A stretch of 62,398 nucleotides of DNA, filler included, from Bradymonadales bacterium (GCA_007693605.1; 5 parts of 5 records of this genome joined end to end with filler, not necessarily neighbours in it); one strand, 5' to 3'. Counted from the first letter of the whole stretch, positions 40,385 to 52,837 are shown. Made by a program: numbers and translations. Notes: generated by a model not told the origin, from the sequence alone.

Positions 40385-40579
40385 GTGAGCAGAATGGGCC
40401 GAAAGCGTGGGCGAAGGGGGTTTTTTCACATTGAGTGGCTTCTGCTGGGCAGCGTCTTCGTTTTGGCTTCCCTGTCTTTTCTTGAGCTTTGCCATCAGAG
40501 CCAAAGGGACGCAAGAGAGGCTCTCAGGGCCTTTGAGGGCCTTCGAAAGGAACTGATTGAGGAGGCCAAAAAGAGCTGA
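40385..40579 (+). CDS. Small prepilin-like (TadE-like) protein
   Basis: RRG|FFHIE followed by a hydrophobic helix; AAGGAG upstream. Confidence 0.5.
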   Translation: MSRMGRKRGRRGFFHIEWLLLGSVFVLASLSFLELCHQSQRDAREALRAFEGLRKELIEEAKKS

Positions 40580-40610
40580 CGAAATCCAAATTTTTAACTA
40601 GGGCGAGCCC

Positions 40611-41690
40611 ATGTCAGAGGATCGCTGGATTGTCGGAACCGGTGGATGCTGCCTGGTCGAAAGGGTGTTTAAGGCCCCAGGATTGTGGGCGGCTCGTAAA
40701 AGCTTGCTGCCGAAGTTTCGTTGTCGCCACCCCTATGAGCTTTTGATTCAGCGGGAGTACGATATTCTATCTCAGCTGAAGCATCCTCAGATCCCCAAAC
40801 CCCTATCTCTGATAGAAGACTTTGGTTCCCTTGTGTTGGAGTGGGTGTGGATTGAGGCTTGGACTCTGAGTGACTTTCTGGCCGACTGGAAGAGTCTGCC
40901 GAGTCTGCAGTCGGCTTCAGCTCGATCACTCTCAGAGCAGTGGGATTCCATTGCTTCACAGGGTCTAGAAATTCTTTCGTATTTGAAGAGCCAGTCTTTG
41001 ATTCATGGAGATATCTGTCCGGATAATTTTTTGTTTAATTCTTCTGGGCAACTGTATTTGATTGATTTTGGAGTCTCTCGTTGGGAGGGGGAAAGGCTTC
41101 CTAGCGGTCTCTGTGTGCGCGGTCGTGAAGAGTTTCGAGCCGAAGAGCTTCGCCTTGACGGAAGTACTAGCTTCGCCGGAGATTTGTTTGCCTTTGGGGT
41201 GCTTTTGGAATCTTTGCTTCCTCGAGAGTTTTTGTCTGAGAGTCAACGAGAGATTTGTCGCATTCTGAAAGAAGAGAGAAGACTTCCGCCAACGACTCAG
41301 GACAGGGCCCTCGTTCCCGTTGAAGCCCCCTCGAGGGAGCTTAGCCCCAAAGCCTTGTCTTCGACAGAACTTGAGGTCCCTAAGCGGAGGCCTTGGGTCC
41401 AGGCTGCAGCAATTATCTTTGCTCTTTTTCTTTTGAGCCTTCGTTCAACTCAAGAGATTTCAATTTTGAGTCTTCCCTCGGCTGAACTTTGTTTGGAGCA
41501 GCCCAAAGGTCGAGTGGAAGTCTGTTGGGAAAGTCCTCAGGAATCAGTTCGCTGGGCGAGGGGGAACTATCTGGCGAGTTGGCGGACGGAGAATTCCGAA
41601 CCCATTTTGACACAAGCGCTTTCTTTGAACGGAAGCAGTGCTCTTATGATCTTTGAAGACCTTAGAATTCTTGATACATTAAAAGAGTGA
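40611..41690 (+). CDS. Membrane-anchored Ser/Thr protein kinase
   Basis: GTGG loop, AARK, HGDICPDN, IDFG, DLFAFG; TM helix and extracytoplasmic C-terminus. Confidence 0.85.
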   Translation: MSEDRWIVGTGGCCLVERVFKAPGLWAARKSLLPKFRCRHPYELLIQREYDILSQLKHPQIPKPLSLIEDFGSLVLEWVWIEAWTLSDFLADWKSLPSLQSASARSLSEQWDSIASQGLEILSYLKSQSLIHGDICPDNFLFNSSGQLYLIDFGVSRWEGERLPSGLCVRGREEFRAEELRLDGSTSFAGDLFAFGVLLESLLPREFLSESQREICRILKEERRLPPTTQDRALVPVEAPSRELSPKALSSTELEVPKRRPWVQAAAIIFALFLLSLRSTQEISILSLPSAELCLEQPKGRVEVCWESPQESVRWARGNYLASWRTENSEPILTQALSLNGSSALMIFEDLRILDTLKE

Positions 41691-42547
41691 AGCTGGAACT
41701 GAGTTCTGATGTTAAAGATTTAAAAGGCAAAGTGATTGTTTCAGCTGGGGCCGATGTGATGGCCTGGTCAAAAAAGGCCCTGCTTTCAAAAGACTATCTC
41801 AAAGACAAGGTTCGATTTAAAGACATTGCATTTTTGATGGACGATTGTCGCCAGGTGTTTTCGATCAAACCTTACGACAAGGTTCTGAAGGACTGGACTC
41901 CAGACTTTCGGGCGTGGGTGGGGGAGACCTGGGCGCCGCGAGCCGTCTTCGAAGAGTTGCGCTTGCTCAAGACGATCGACTTGTATTCTTATCAGCATGT
42001 TTTAGTGATTACCGTGGTCGGATCGAGGCTTTTGGAGTTTTGGATTCAATCGGCTCCGACCCTTCGTCGGAGCTTTCAAGCTTTGATCTGCCACCGGCTA
42101 GGAAAGACCAGGATGATGGAGGGCTTGCTTTCGAAAGAGGGCCCGCTCGATGAAACAGAGAAGAGGGCAATTTTTGAGCAGCCCATTGTGGGCTTTGTAT
42201 TGAATGCGGCCTATTGGGGAGAGCCGAATCATCTGTGCGCTAAAACGGCTTTGCAGCATCAAGAAGACAGGGCTGGGAAGGGCTATCCTCTGAATATCAA
42301 AACAAATTCTCTCGTGTTAGATGTGCTTCGCTTGCTGGATCGCTTCGATGCCTTGATCTCTCAACGCCCCTTTCGCTTTAAGAAATTCACTCCAAGACAG
42401 GCCCTAGACATCTTGAAGCAAGACGCCGAAGAGGCTAGGATCGAAATGGATGTGGTTCGCGCCTTCCTCTCGTTGGTGAGGGGAGAGCGGCCCACCAATT
42501 TTAAGGCGATTCCGATAGGGGAGATCGGTCGCGAGGAGTTGTCATGA
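41687..42547 (+). CDS. HD-GYP domain protein, degenerate
   Basis: GKGYP, DRFDALISQRPF; HD replaced by HR and HHE by HQE. Confidence 0.8.
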   Translation: MKLELSSDVKDLKGKVIVSAGADVMAWSKKALLSKDYLKDKVRFKDIAFLMDDCRQVFSIKPYDKVLKDWTPDFRAWVGETWAPRAVFEELRLLKTIDLYSYQHVLVITVVGSRLLEFWIQSAPTLRRSFQALICHRLGKTRMMEGLLSKEGPLDETEKRAIFEQPIVGFVLNAAYWGEPNHLCAKTALQHQEDRAGKGYPLNIKTNSLVLDVLRLLDRFDALISQRPFRFKKFTPRQALDILKQDAEEARIEMDVVRAFLSLVRGERPTNFKAIPIGEIGREELS

Positions 42548-42963
42548 CAAAAGCCCGCGCTTTTTCAGAAGAGTTAAAAGTGAAATTCAATCAGGTTTCT
42601 TCCAAGCTGGTCAGCCTAGAAAGGCAGGCTGAGCGACAAATTCGAAGTGTAGTTGAAAAAACCGATCAAGCTCGGCGCCAGCAAATGAAGCGAGTCAATG
42701 AAGTCCTCAAAGAGGCCCAAAAATTTCGAAGCATTTCCATCGTAAACCAAGCGGGTAGGCTTCAGAAAGACTTAGAGAAAATGGCAGGTCAACGGATTCA
42801 AATCTTGTTGAAGCGGCTTCACTTGCCCTCGAAGCACGAGATCGATCGATTGCAGAAGAAAATTGATCATCTTGAGAAGAGATTGCAGGCGACGGAGTCG
42901 AAAAAGTCGGTTGCGCGAAAAACGGGACGGCGTCGAAACGCTTCTCCGGCGAAAAAGTCTTAG
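42544..42963 (+). CDS. Phasin/PhaF-like coiled-coil protein
   Basis: LHLPSKHEIDRLQKKIDHLEKRL motif plus basic tail. Confidence 0.6.
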   Translation: MTKARAFSEELKVKFNQVSSKLVSLERQAERQIRSVVEKTDQARRQQMKRVNEVLKEAQKFRSISIVNQAGRLQKDLEKMAGQRIQILLKRLHLPSKHEIDRLQKKIDHLEKRLQATESKKSVARKTGRRRNASPAKKS

Positions 42964-43026
42964 ACAGTTTTCAATCCATTCGAAGGCTCGCTTCCCATTA
43001 CGCCCTAAAGAGTATAGACAGAAGGA

Positions 43027-45693
43027 ATGTCAAAGTCGGGCTCAATCTTTGTGATTGACGCAAGCGCTTTTGTTTTCCGAGCCTATTATGCTTTGGCTCC
43101 TTTGTCGTCAAAGGGACGACCTTCTCATGCCGTGTCGGGTTTCGCTTCGATGTTGTTGAAAGTTCTCACAGAGAAGAGACCAAAGGCCTGTGTCGTCGTT
43201 TTTGATTCAAAGAAGCCGAGCTTCCGAAAAGATATTTTTCCGGAGTATAAGGCAAACCGAGAAATTCCTCCGCCAGACATTTCTGATCAGATTGTTGCGG
43301 TGATGGATCTGGTCAAGGCGGCCGGCTTGCCTGTGTTGCAAGAGGAGGGCTTTGAGGCCGACGATTGGATTGCGAGCTTCACCAAGAACTACAAGAGCAA
43401 AGACGAAATCATCATTGTCTCTTCTGATAAAGATTTGGCTCAACTGGTGAACTCCAAGGTGAAACTTTGGGACAGTTTTCGAGATCGTTTGATGGGCCCG
43501 AAAGAGGTGCGAGAGAAGTGGGGAGTCGATCCCGAACAAATGAGAGACTATCAGGCCTTGGTGGGAGATTCTTCGGATAATATACCCGGTTTGCCGGGTG
43601 TGGGGCCAAAGACGGCCAGTCAATTGCTGGCGGAGCATCAGAGTCTTTCAGGAATTTTGAAGAAACGGGAGAAGTTGAAGCCCAAGTTGAAAGAGAAAAT
43701 CGATCAGCATGAAGAGACTCTAAAGCTCAGTTATGAGTTGGTTGGATTGAAAGAAGATTTAAAGTTGCCCTTCAGTAAAATGCCAGAGCTGAACTGGCCA
43801 CTCCCCCAGGGCTTTCACGACTTTCTGGTCGACTGGGATCTGAACCGGATCATCCAGCAGTTTTCTGGAGATTTAGAGCCTGAAAACCAGGCTGAGGCGG
43901 GGGCAGGGTCGTTTGAGGCGAAACTGATTCAAACAGAAAAGGAGTGGAAGAGTTTTCTGCAGGCCGTTCAGGCGGCCGGCCACTGTGTCTTTGATGTGGA
44001 GACTAGCTCTTTCAACAAAGATGAAGCGCGGCTCGTTGGCGTGGCCTTTTGCTCCGACTCGAAGAGCAGTTACTATTTACCTTATCGACACGGAGAGTCG
44101 GCGGTTCCACTAAGGGAAAAGAAGAAGTGGTTGCAAGACTTGTTTGACAGCCAGGTTCGGCTCGTCGCCCATCATGCCAAGTACGATTGGCAAATGCTTA
44201 CACGAGAGGGCATTCGGCTGCCCAGAATTCAGGATGACACGATGGTCATCGCGCATCTGCTACACGCCGATCGACGAAGCTTCTCTCTCGACAATTTGGC
44301 ACAAGACTTCTTGGGCGAAAAAAAGGGCGACCTGAAAAAGCTTCTAGGAAAAGACTCTGAAGACTTCTCGAAACTCTCGCTGGACGAAGCTTTGGGCTAC
44401 GCTGCGAGAGATGCTTGGCTGACTCTGCTTCTGTATGAACGGCTAAAGCCAGAGCTTGAAAAGAACTCTGAGCTTTTGTGGATTTATGATCACATCGAAA
44501 TGCCGCTGGTGATCGTCTTGGCAGAGATGGAGGAGCGAGGCGTCTTGATGGATCAGAAAAAGCTCAAGTCTCTGTCAAAGGCCTTTCATCAGCGCATCGA
44601 AAAGAGTCTCGAGCTCATCTATGAGGCTGCAGGCGGAGAGTTCAATGTGGCCTCTCCGAAGCAACTTCAAGAAGTTCTCTTTGAGAAGATTGGCCTCACT
44701 CCAACAAAGAAGACCAAGACGGGTTTCTCGACGGATGAATCTGTGTTGCAAGAGCTTTCTTCTGAGCACGATCTGCCTCGACTTATTCTAGAACACAGAA
44801 AGATCTCGAAGCTCTGTTCCACTTATGTCGACAAATTTCCAGAGTTGATCTCGAAAGAAGACGACCGACTCCACACCCAGTATCATCAGACAGGCACAGC
44901 GACAGGGCGGCTCAGCAGTTCCGACCCCAATCTGCAAAATATTCCGGTGCGCAGTGAAGAAGGTCTGATGATTCGAGAAGCTTTTGTGCCCGCTGAAGGC
45001 TTCATTTTTGTCAGTGCGGACTACTCGCAGGTGGAATTGAGGTTGATGGCTCACTTTTCAGAAGACAAAAAAATGATTGAAGCCTTTCAAGCCGGTCGAG
45101 ACATACATGCAGAAACGGCGAAGCTTATTTTTGGGAGTTCTGAGAAAGAGTTTCGCTCAAGAGCCAAGGCCATCAACTTTGGCATCATCTACGGAATTTC
45201 CGCCTATGGACTGTCGAAGCAGTTGGGACTTGAGATGTCTGAGGCCAAAGCCTTTATTGAAGCTTATTTTGAGCAGTTTCCGAAAGTTCGGGACTATATG
45301 GATCGAATGATCGAGCTCGGGCGAAAGAAGAGGTACTCGGAGACAGCCTTCGGGAGGCGCCGACCTCTGCCCGATATTCACAGCAAGAACCAGAGTTTGC
45401 GCCAAATGGCAGAGAGGATCGCGATCAATGCCCCCTTGCAAGGGACGGCGGCGGATATCATGAAGTGGGCCATGGTTCAGGTGGCTAGGGGACTACAAGA
45501 GGGGGGGCTAAAGGCTAGGCTTCTTTTGCAGGTTCATGATGAGCTGATTCTGGAGGTTCCAGAGGCGGAACGAGAGGCCGTTGAGGGGCTTCTGCCAAGG
45601 GCCATGTCTGATTTGAGCGAGACTCCCATGAAGGCCTTGAGGGTGCCTCTAGAAGTCGACCTTTCCGCGGGCAAAAACTGGGCGAGTCTGTAG
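43027..45693 (+). CDS. polA: DNA polymerase I
   Basis: 5'-3' exonuclease (EADD, SDKD, GDSSDN), 3'-5' exonuclease (DVET), ADYSQVELR, AKAINFG, QVHDE. Confidence 0.99.
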   Translation: MSKSGSIFVIDASAFVFRAYYALAPLSSKGRPSHAVSGFASMLLKVLTEKRPKACVVVFDSKKPSFRKDIFPEYKANREIPPPDISDQIVAVMDLVKAAGLPVLQEEGFEADDWIASFTKNYKSKDEIIIVSSDKDLAQLVNSKVKLWDSFRDRLMGPKEVREKWGVDPEQMRDYQALVGDSSDNIPGLPGVGPKTASQLLAEHQSLSGILKKREKLKPKLKEKIDQHEETLKLSYELVGLKEDLKLPFSKMPELNWPLPQGFHDFLVDWDLNRIIQQFSGDLEPENQAEAGAGSFEAKLIQTEKEWKSFLQAVQAAGHCVFDVETSSFNKDEARLVGVAFCSDSKSSYYLPYRHGESAVPLREKKKWLQDLFDSQVRLVAHHAKYDWQMLTREGIRLPRIQDDTMVIAHLLHADRRSFSLDNLAQDFLGEKKGDLKKLLGKDSEDFSKLSLDEALGYAARDAWLTLLLYERLKPELEKNSELLWIYDHIEMPLVIVLAEMEERGVLMDQKKLKSLSKAFHQRIEKSLELIYEAAGGEFNVASPKQLQEVLFEKIGLTPTKKTKTGFSTDESVLQELSSEHDLPRLILEHRKISKLCSTYVDKFPELISKEDDRLHTQYHQTGTATGRLSSSDPNLQNIPVRSEEGLMIREAFVPAEGFIFVSADYSQVELRLMAHFSEDKKMIEAFQAGRDIHAETAKLIFGSSEKEFRSRAKAINFGIIYGISAYGLSKQLGLEMSEAKAFIEAYFEQFPKVRDYMDRMIELGRKKRYSETAFGRRRPLPDIHSKNQSLRQMAERIAINAPLQGTAADIMKWAMVQVARGLQEGGLKARLLLQVHDELILEVPEAEREAVEGLLPRAMSDLSETPMKALRVPLEVDLSAGKNWASL

Positions 45694-45786
45694 CATCCTT
45701 TGGGCAGAGACTTGGCCGAGCTTTTCGGAGCCCAAAAAAACTTCATTTTTTTTGATTGATTTCATGAAGGCATATGGTGTGTAACT

Positions 45787-45841
45787 GAAGATCTCGGGGC
45801 CGCGGTGCGGCCTCTTGTTCTTTGAAAGTTAGGTAGTTGAT
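45787..45841 (+). promoter_or_regulatory. 16S leader: boxA-like site and 5' arm of the processing stem
   Basis: TGTTCTTTGAAA; extensively complementary to 47582-47621 downstream of the 16S. Confidence 0.8.
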
Positions 45842-45965
45842 GGAACCCGTCTTCGATGAGGAGACGAGAGTTCTTGCTAAGTACTCAATATATATAGAAC
45901 CCGGACAAATCCTTTTTTAGGGTTTTGTCCATTTTTCCTTCGCTAGAAGGAAAACTCTTCAATTA

Positions 45966-47533
<1,568 letters not shown>

Positions 47534-47860
47534 CGCTTTCTCTTCTCGCAAGGAAGAGAACAGCGAGGTTAGCCTTAGCGAATCAACTACCTAACTTTGA
47601 AGGAACAAGACCGAGATCTTCTCATGGCCTTCCTATCTTTGGCGCTCTAACAAGTTCACAGAACAATCCGCATTGACAAGCTTCGAACCCCTTGAAATAA
47701 AGTTGTGAAGTTGGCTATTGGAAATCTGTGTACGAATAGAGATTTCTCTAGGGAAAGGGCCTGTAGCTCAGTTGTTGTTCCGAAGGAACACAGGGTTAAT
47801 CAGAGAGCGGTTACGCTCTAACCAACTGAGCGATAGGTGAGTTGAAATGTGTTGGCGAAT

Positions 47861-47937
<77 letters not shown>

Positions 47938-47998
47938 CTTCCGGAGCGGAAGTGGTTTTCTCCTCGGCAGAGGCTTTTGCTCGTAGGATGGTGGATCA

Positions 47999-48310
47999 AT
48001 GTTGAAAATTCTTTTGCTGTTTCTTTTGACGACCGCGCTAAGTGCCTGTGGAATGCGATATGCCTCTCATCAAGAGTTGATTCAAGCCTACAAAGGCCAA
48101 TCGATTGAAGATGTGATCGTTCTTTGGGGTGCGCCCACTTCAATGTCTCAACTGCCTTCCGGCAACTTCGTTTACGGTTTCGAGACGGAGAAGACAGAAA
48201 TGAGAAAGACGGCTGAGATTCGAGGCAGCAACTCAGAGGGATCTGAGCTTTATCAGCAGGTGAGTATTAAGTGCAGAAAGACCGTCACGGCAGACCCTCA
48301 AGGGATCATT
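47999..48310 (+). pseudogene. Small lipoprotein interrupted by IS481
   Basis: LSAC lipobox, WGAPT motif; the reading frame runs into the IS end at 48311. Confidence 0.75.
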
Positions 48311-48380
48311 TGCGGTAGTTAGGGTAAGCGTTGACAAGACGCGCTTGGTCAGTGGCGTATTTGTCTACGATTTTTACGCA
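48311..48380 (-). mobile_element. End of a second copy of the same IS481, cut by the contig break
   Basis: 70 bp matching 2203-2272. Confidence 0.95.
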
Positions 48381-48480
48381 NNNNNNNNNNNNNNNNNNNN
48401 NNNNNNNNNNNNNNNNNNNNNNNNTTAATTAATTAANNNNNNNNNNNNNNNNNNNNNNNNNNNNNNNNNNNNNNNNNNNN
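48381..48480. other. Artificial contig linker
   Basis: N/TTAATTAATTAA/N. Confidence 0.98.
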
Positions 48481-48497
48481 GCCGATCCCCCAAATCC

Positions 48498-48917
48498 CTA
48501 AGTGTTACCCCCTCCAGTCAAACGCCCGCAGTCCAGATCTCTTCGGCGGACACGACCTGTTGCTAAAGTCCACCCTTGGTCGCGGCTAACTCGCCTCTCT
48601 TCTTGGTGGTTCTGGAAGGGACAGAGCCTGTCAATTCGCCACGCTAGTTCATGATGGCTTAGAACGGGTGAGCCACTGCCATATGTCTTCTCCTCTGTTG
48701 ATACCCCATCAAAATGACTTGTCTCAATAGTGGTGTAAGAAAGTCGTTCAACACATATGTAACTACTCGCGAGTAGAGTGTCTGCGAGATTTTCTAGATC
48801 CCGAACTGTGTAGGTTGCAACGGGTGCAGTCGCGGACGCAGGTTCCGTGTCGGAACCGCATCCGAACGAAAATGACAAAACAAGCAATCCGTAAAATCTT
48901 TTTGATACAATTTTCAC
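48498..48917 (-). CDS. Hypothetical lipoprotein
   Basis: SFGC lipobox-like; ends near the contig edge. Confidence 0.45.
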   Translation of the reverse strand: MKIVSKRFYGLLVLSFSFGCGSDTEPASATAPVATYTVRDLENLADTLLASSYICVERLSYTTIETSHFDGVSTEEKTYGSGSPVLSHHELAWRIDRLCPFQNHQEERRVSRDQGWTLATGRVRRRDLDCGRLTGGGNT

Positions 48918-49436
48918 TTCTATCTCCGCTATCGAATGATTTCGTGCTTGATAGCCTAAATGAGAAAAAGTTTCAATATCGTCGCATTGCAGGAGGCGGC
49001 CTTGGCCCCGAAGTTCGTTACGCCATATTTTTCTGTAATCATTTCAACACTTTACCAATGGGACCCTCTTTTTGGGCTCTTCTCAATCAATGGGCAGCAA
49101 CTGTGAAGCTTTGATTCGTACAGCAGGAGCAGGCCCCTTTTGAAGTTACAAGAGTTGTTCGCTCTGGAAGAAACTTGGCCATTTTGGCGAAACCAGTATT
49201 TTATTTTGGCGCTGTCGGATCAAAGAAGGGCTGAGTTGCGTCAGGACATGATCGAGTTATTGATGTCGAAAGCCGTGCGTTCAGCGACCTGGAGGGTGTG
49301 GCCGAATTGGAGATTGCCCACAGGAAACACTCCATCATGGGCTTAACTTCTGTCCGTAGACGCATAATATTGTGTCTAAACTGCTGGCCCTCTCTGCTGG
49401 GGCCGCTAATTTCTTTAATTGCGAAATTTTGTAGAA

Positions 49437-50342
49437 TCAGGCCCGGCCTTTCCCTCGATCTCGGAAGCCTCCGTTGAATGCGATACCCCACTGCCAACAG
49501 AGAATAAAGAGAGGGCGGATGACTTTGAAGGCCTTTGCTCGAAAGGGAGAGCGGGTTCTAAACATTCTCCAGAGGACGATTCCGAAGCAACAAAGACCCC
49601 AGATCGGAAACAATACTCGGTAAAGTCCCTTGGTTATTCGCAGTCGCTTCGTTAAATCTCGGTCGCAGTAGCCGCGCCAAAATCCCATTCGAGAGACCTT
49701 CTCAGCGATTTCTTGCGGACTCTCAAGATGAAGCTGATGAGTCACCTTCAAGTCTGGTATGAAACGAGAGTCGGTGAAATCTTGATTTCTAAAGAGTCCT
49801 AAGTCTTGAGAGGAGCCCCAGTCTGATGGAAATCCGCCTAGGGAGTTCAGCAAATCTTTTCGAATGAGCATATTGCAACTGACCGGAAATCTCGCAAATC
49901 CCAATTGGGCTCCAATGAATTCATTGAACTCCCACAGATGAAGGGCAAGAGGCCAGCCCGCATAGCCCGCCTCACAGTCTATAAATCCTGTGACTAGATC
50001 AAATCTCCTAGACAGATCGAGAGCTCTCTCAATCCAATCCTGGTCGACCATGCAGTCCGCATCAACAAATCCCAGAGCTTGAGAGCGAGCCTCTTTAGCG
50101 CCCAGATTTCTTGCTGCTCCCGCCAGAAGCCTTTGGTCAGGCCTTAGAATCCGAACACCTGCTCTTTTGAACTCTTCTAGCGAGTCATCTTGAAACTCTG
50201 GTGTGGACTCAACCAAAATCAGCTCTACCCCCGAGCGATCTCCCTTGGCCTCCACCAATGCCCTTAGGCTTTTCTGAAGAACCAGGGCTTCTGTCTTGAA
50301 GGACGGGATGATTACAGAGAGCTCCAGCTGTTGTGACCCCAT
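49437..50342 (-). CDS. Family 2 glycosyltransferase
   Basis: LSVIIP, AARNLG, FVDAD. Confidence 0.9.
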   Translation of the reverse strand: MGSQQLELSVIIPSFKTEALVLQKSLRALVEAKGDRSGVELILVESTPEFQDDSLEEFKRAGVRILRPDQRLLAGAARNLGAKEARSQALGFVDADCMVDQDWIERALDLSRRFDLVTGFIDCEAGYAGWPLALHLWEFNEFIGAQLGFARFPVSCNMLIRKDLLNSLGGFPSDWGSSQDLGLFRNQDFTDSRFIPDLKVTHQLHLESPQEIAEKVSRMGFWRGYCDRDLTKRLRITKGLYRVLFPIWGLCCFGIVLWRMFRTRSPFRAKAFKVIRPLFILCWQWGIAFNGGFRDRGKGRA

Positions 50343-50409
50343 AAGCCTCAGTCTAGCAGGGGATTAAGGGAGTGTCGCTAAAGGCCCATCTACTTTGGCG
50401 ACAGTCCCA

Positions 50410-51684
50410 TTAAGCCTGAAAACTCGAGCGACGACCAGGTTGTCTCGATCTTCCAGCCCATTTGGGTCGAAAGCGAAATTTTGGTCGAAATCGTTTCTTG
50501 GGAGCATTCCGAGAATCTGTGCTTTCTGCCTTGTCAGACTGCAAGTGTCTCCACTGCCGAGCTTCTTCTGGAGTTACATAGCTCAAAGCGAAACCTCGTT
50601 CGCCGGCTCGTCCCGTTCTGCCGATTCGATGAATATAGTCTTCACGAGTATTTGGAAGGTCAAAGTTAATCACCCGTTCAATGTCCTCGACATCCAAGCC
50701 CCGAGACGCCACATCGGTCGCGACCAGAACCATCTTTCGACCCGATCGGAAATCTTGAAGTGCTCGATTTCTTTGAGATTGAGATCGGTCACCATGAAGG
50801 CAGCCATTTTCAATCTGGCTCTTCGAGATATTTCGACTCAAGCTTTCAGCGCGGCGCTTCGTTCTGGTAAAGATAAGGGTCTTCCCAGTGTTCGACTGAA
50901 GGTCAATGATTAGTTGACTGTTCTTGTCGCTGCCGGAAAGCATGAGGTGAGATTGCTCCACATCTGGAGCCGCCTGATTCAACTGGCCCACTTGAACCCG
51001 CACGGGCTCTCGCAAATAGTTGTTCGCGAGTCGTTGAATCTCTGGCGAAAGAGTGGCCGAAAATAGCAAACACTGTTTCTTGCTAGGAAGCTCCTTAAAC
51101 ACGGCCTTCATGGCAGGCTCAAAACCCATGTCGAGCATTCGATCAGATTCGTCTAAAACCACATGATTAAAATCCTTCAACTGAATGCTTCGCCGTTCGC
51201 AGTGATCCAACAGTCGGCCAGGCGTTGCGATTACAATCGCGGGCCTAGATCTTAGCGACCTCAGTTGAGCAGACATTCCAGAGCCGCCGATCAGCACGCA
51301 AGTCTGAATTCCCGAATAAAAACGGGATAAAGTCTTCACGACCTCACGAATCTGCATGGCCAGCTCTCGCGTGGGCGTTAAGATGAGAATGCGATCACTC
51401 GGTGTTTCGATGACTCGATTCATCAAGGGAAGGCAAAAAGCCATGGTCTTCCCGCTGCCGGTCTGAGCCGATGCAATCACATCTTGCCCCCTCATAATGG
51501 CTGGAATTGCCTCCGTTTGAATTGGTGTTGGTGTTTTAAAATTGTTCTGGTCGAGCGCTCTCAAAAGCGGTTCTGCCAGACCCATGTCCTTAAAGGGTTG
51601 CACAGCAAGCCTCCTAATTTTTACAATGTTGTCACCCCAAGGCAGGTAAGCAACATTGCTACAGGACTTGGCCAAGCCGTTCAA
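50410..51684 (-). CDS. DEAD-box RNA helicase (DESD variant)
   Basis: PTPIQ, AQTGSGKT, PTRELA, TPGRL, DESD, SAT, HRIGRTGR; real start probably near 51600. Confidence 0.95.
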   Translation of the reverse strand: MNGLAKSCSNVAYLPWGDNIVKIRRLAVQPFKDMGLAEPLLRALDQNNFKTPTPIQTEAIPAIMRGQDVIASAQTGSGKTMAFCLPLMNRVIETPSDRILILTPTRELAMQIREVVKTLSRFYSGIQTCVLIGGSGMSAQLRSLRSRPAIVIATPGRLLDHCERRSIQLKDFNHVVLDESDRMLDMGFEPAMKAVFKELPSKKQCLLFSATLSPEIQRLANNYLREPVRVQVGQLNQAAPDVEQSHLMLSGSDKNSQLIIDLQSNTGKTLIFTRTKRRAESLSRNISKSQIENGCLHGDRSQSQRNRALQDFRSGRKMVLVATDVASRGLDVEDIERVINFDLPNTREDYIHRIGRTGRAGERGFALSYVTPEEARQWRHLQSDKAESTDSRNAPKKRFRPKFRFRPKWAGRSRQPGRRSSFQA

Positions 51685-51807
51685 AAAGACCCATCACTAA
51701 AGTGAAAATCCCCCGATACGGAAGTGAAAGAACCTCTTAGCAAGCTTTCATTCATTCTCCAAGGCTTGAAGTATTAAAATTGAGTCACCCCTCTAGGAGT
51801 GGCTCAT

Positions 51808-52212
51808 CTAGATCTGCTTCACGGCCTCCACCACGAAACCGAGCTTTAAGGGGTAATTGACGGCTTCTCGCCTGCTGGCCTTTACGCAGCCCATGATGAT
51901 CTGGATCAATACATAAAGCACTAAAACCAGCCCCAAGGGGATGAGCAACAGGCTCAAAATCCAGCCTACAATCGGAATCAGGCCGATGACGATCAACGCC
52001 AGAAAGTAGAGGGTCACCGACACTTGAAAGGCCAGAACCTCTCGGCCAGCTTCAACAACTACAGGGGCCTTATCTCTTTGAATCAACATATACACCAAGG
52101 GGCCAATGATTCCGCCAAACGGCAATACAAAGCCAATGAACTGAAGCAAATGAACAATCAGGCTATGGTTGGTCTCTGTAAGCGGTGGGAGTTCTTGTTC
52201 TTGATTTTCCAT
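51808..52212 (-). CDS. DUF4870-like membrane protein
   Basis: H...GGIIGPL, FQ, NYPL; 3 TM. Confidence 0.8.
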   Translation of the reverse strand: MENQEQELPPLTETNHSLIVHLLQFIGFVLPFGGIIGPLVYMLIQRDKAPVVVEAGREVLAFQVSVTLYFLALIVIGLIPIVGWILSLLLIPLGLVLVLYVLIQIIMGCVKASRREAVNYPLKLGFVVEAVKQI

Positions 52213-52250
52213 GGCTTATCCTTTCGAAGTGCTGTGTTGAGAATAGACTT

Positions 52251-52837
52251 TCACGAACCTTTCTTGACCCGATTGACCCAATCTTTGGCGAGCTCACCCG
52301 CGACTTCTCTGGCTCCTAGGCCAAAGGCAATCGCTGCGGCAACCGCAACTGCACCCAAGCTAATGCCAAAGGCGAGGTTGATGATGTCTTCAGCAAGCCC
52401 CATTTGTCGAAGAGCCATGGCGCCTGCGAGAATCAGAATCGAAGCTCGTGCCACAAAAGCCAAGGTCTGGGTGTGTTTTGTCACAGAACTCAAGACTCGT
52501 TTCGCCACGAAGTCTGACAGAAACAGGCCCACGCCAAAGATAATCAAACCCAACAGAATCTGACCGGCAAAGATCAAGAACTGTTGAAGAAGTTCAGCCA
52601 GCGCGACAAAGTGAACCAGCCGGAGCGCTTCAATCGCTGCAAATATCAGAATACCGGCAAAGACCACATAGTAGACAACCCGAGAGGGTTTCTTCTCTGC
52701 TGAGGCCTGTTTGGTGGAGAGCCCTAGGGTGACGAAAAGGTTGTCAAAGCCAGCCGCCGAGGCCAGGTTCGACAGCAGCCCTGCGAGAATTCGTCCAATC
52801 AGATAGGCGATAGACATGAGGATCAAGGCCGCAAAGA
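52251..52837 (-). CDS. Partial TM-helix-repeat / mechanosensitive-channel-associated protein (5' end lost at contig edge)
   Basis: ALRQMGLAEDIINLAFG...AIAFGLGAREVA. Confidence 0.75.

Noticed and set aside
47757..47840. A second tRNA or an intron-containing tRNA upstream of tRNA-Ile
   Set aside because: Only nt 1-18 match, with no anticodon arm, T-arm or 3' acceptor strand; reported as a structured leader instead
48815..49497. Several short ORFs between the lipoprotein and GT2 genes
   Set aside because: Mutually overlapping, with no motifs or RBS
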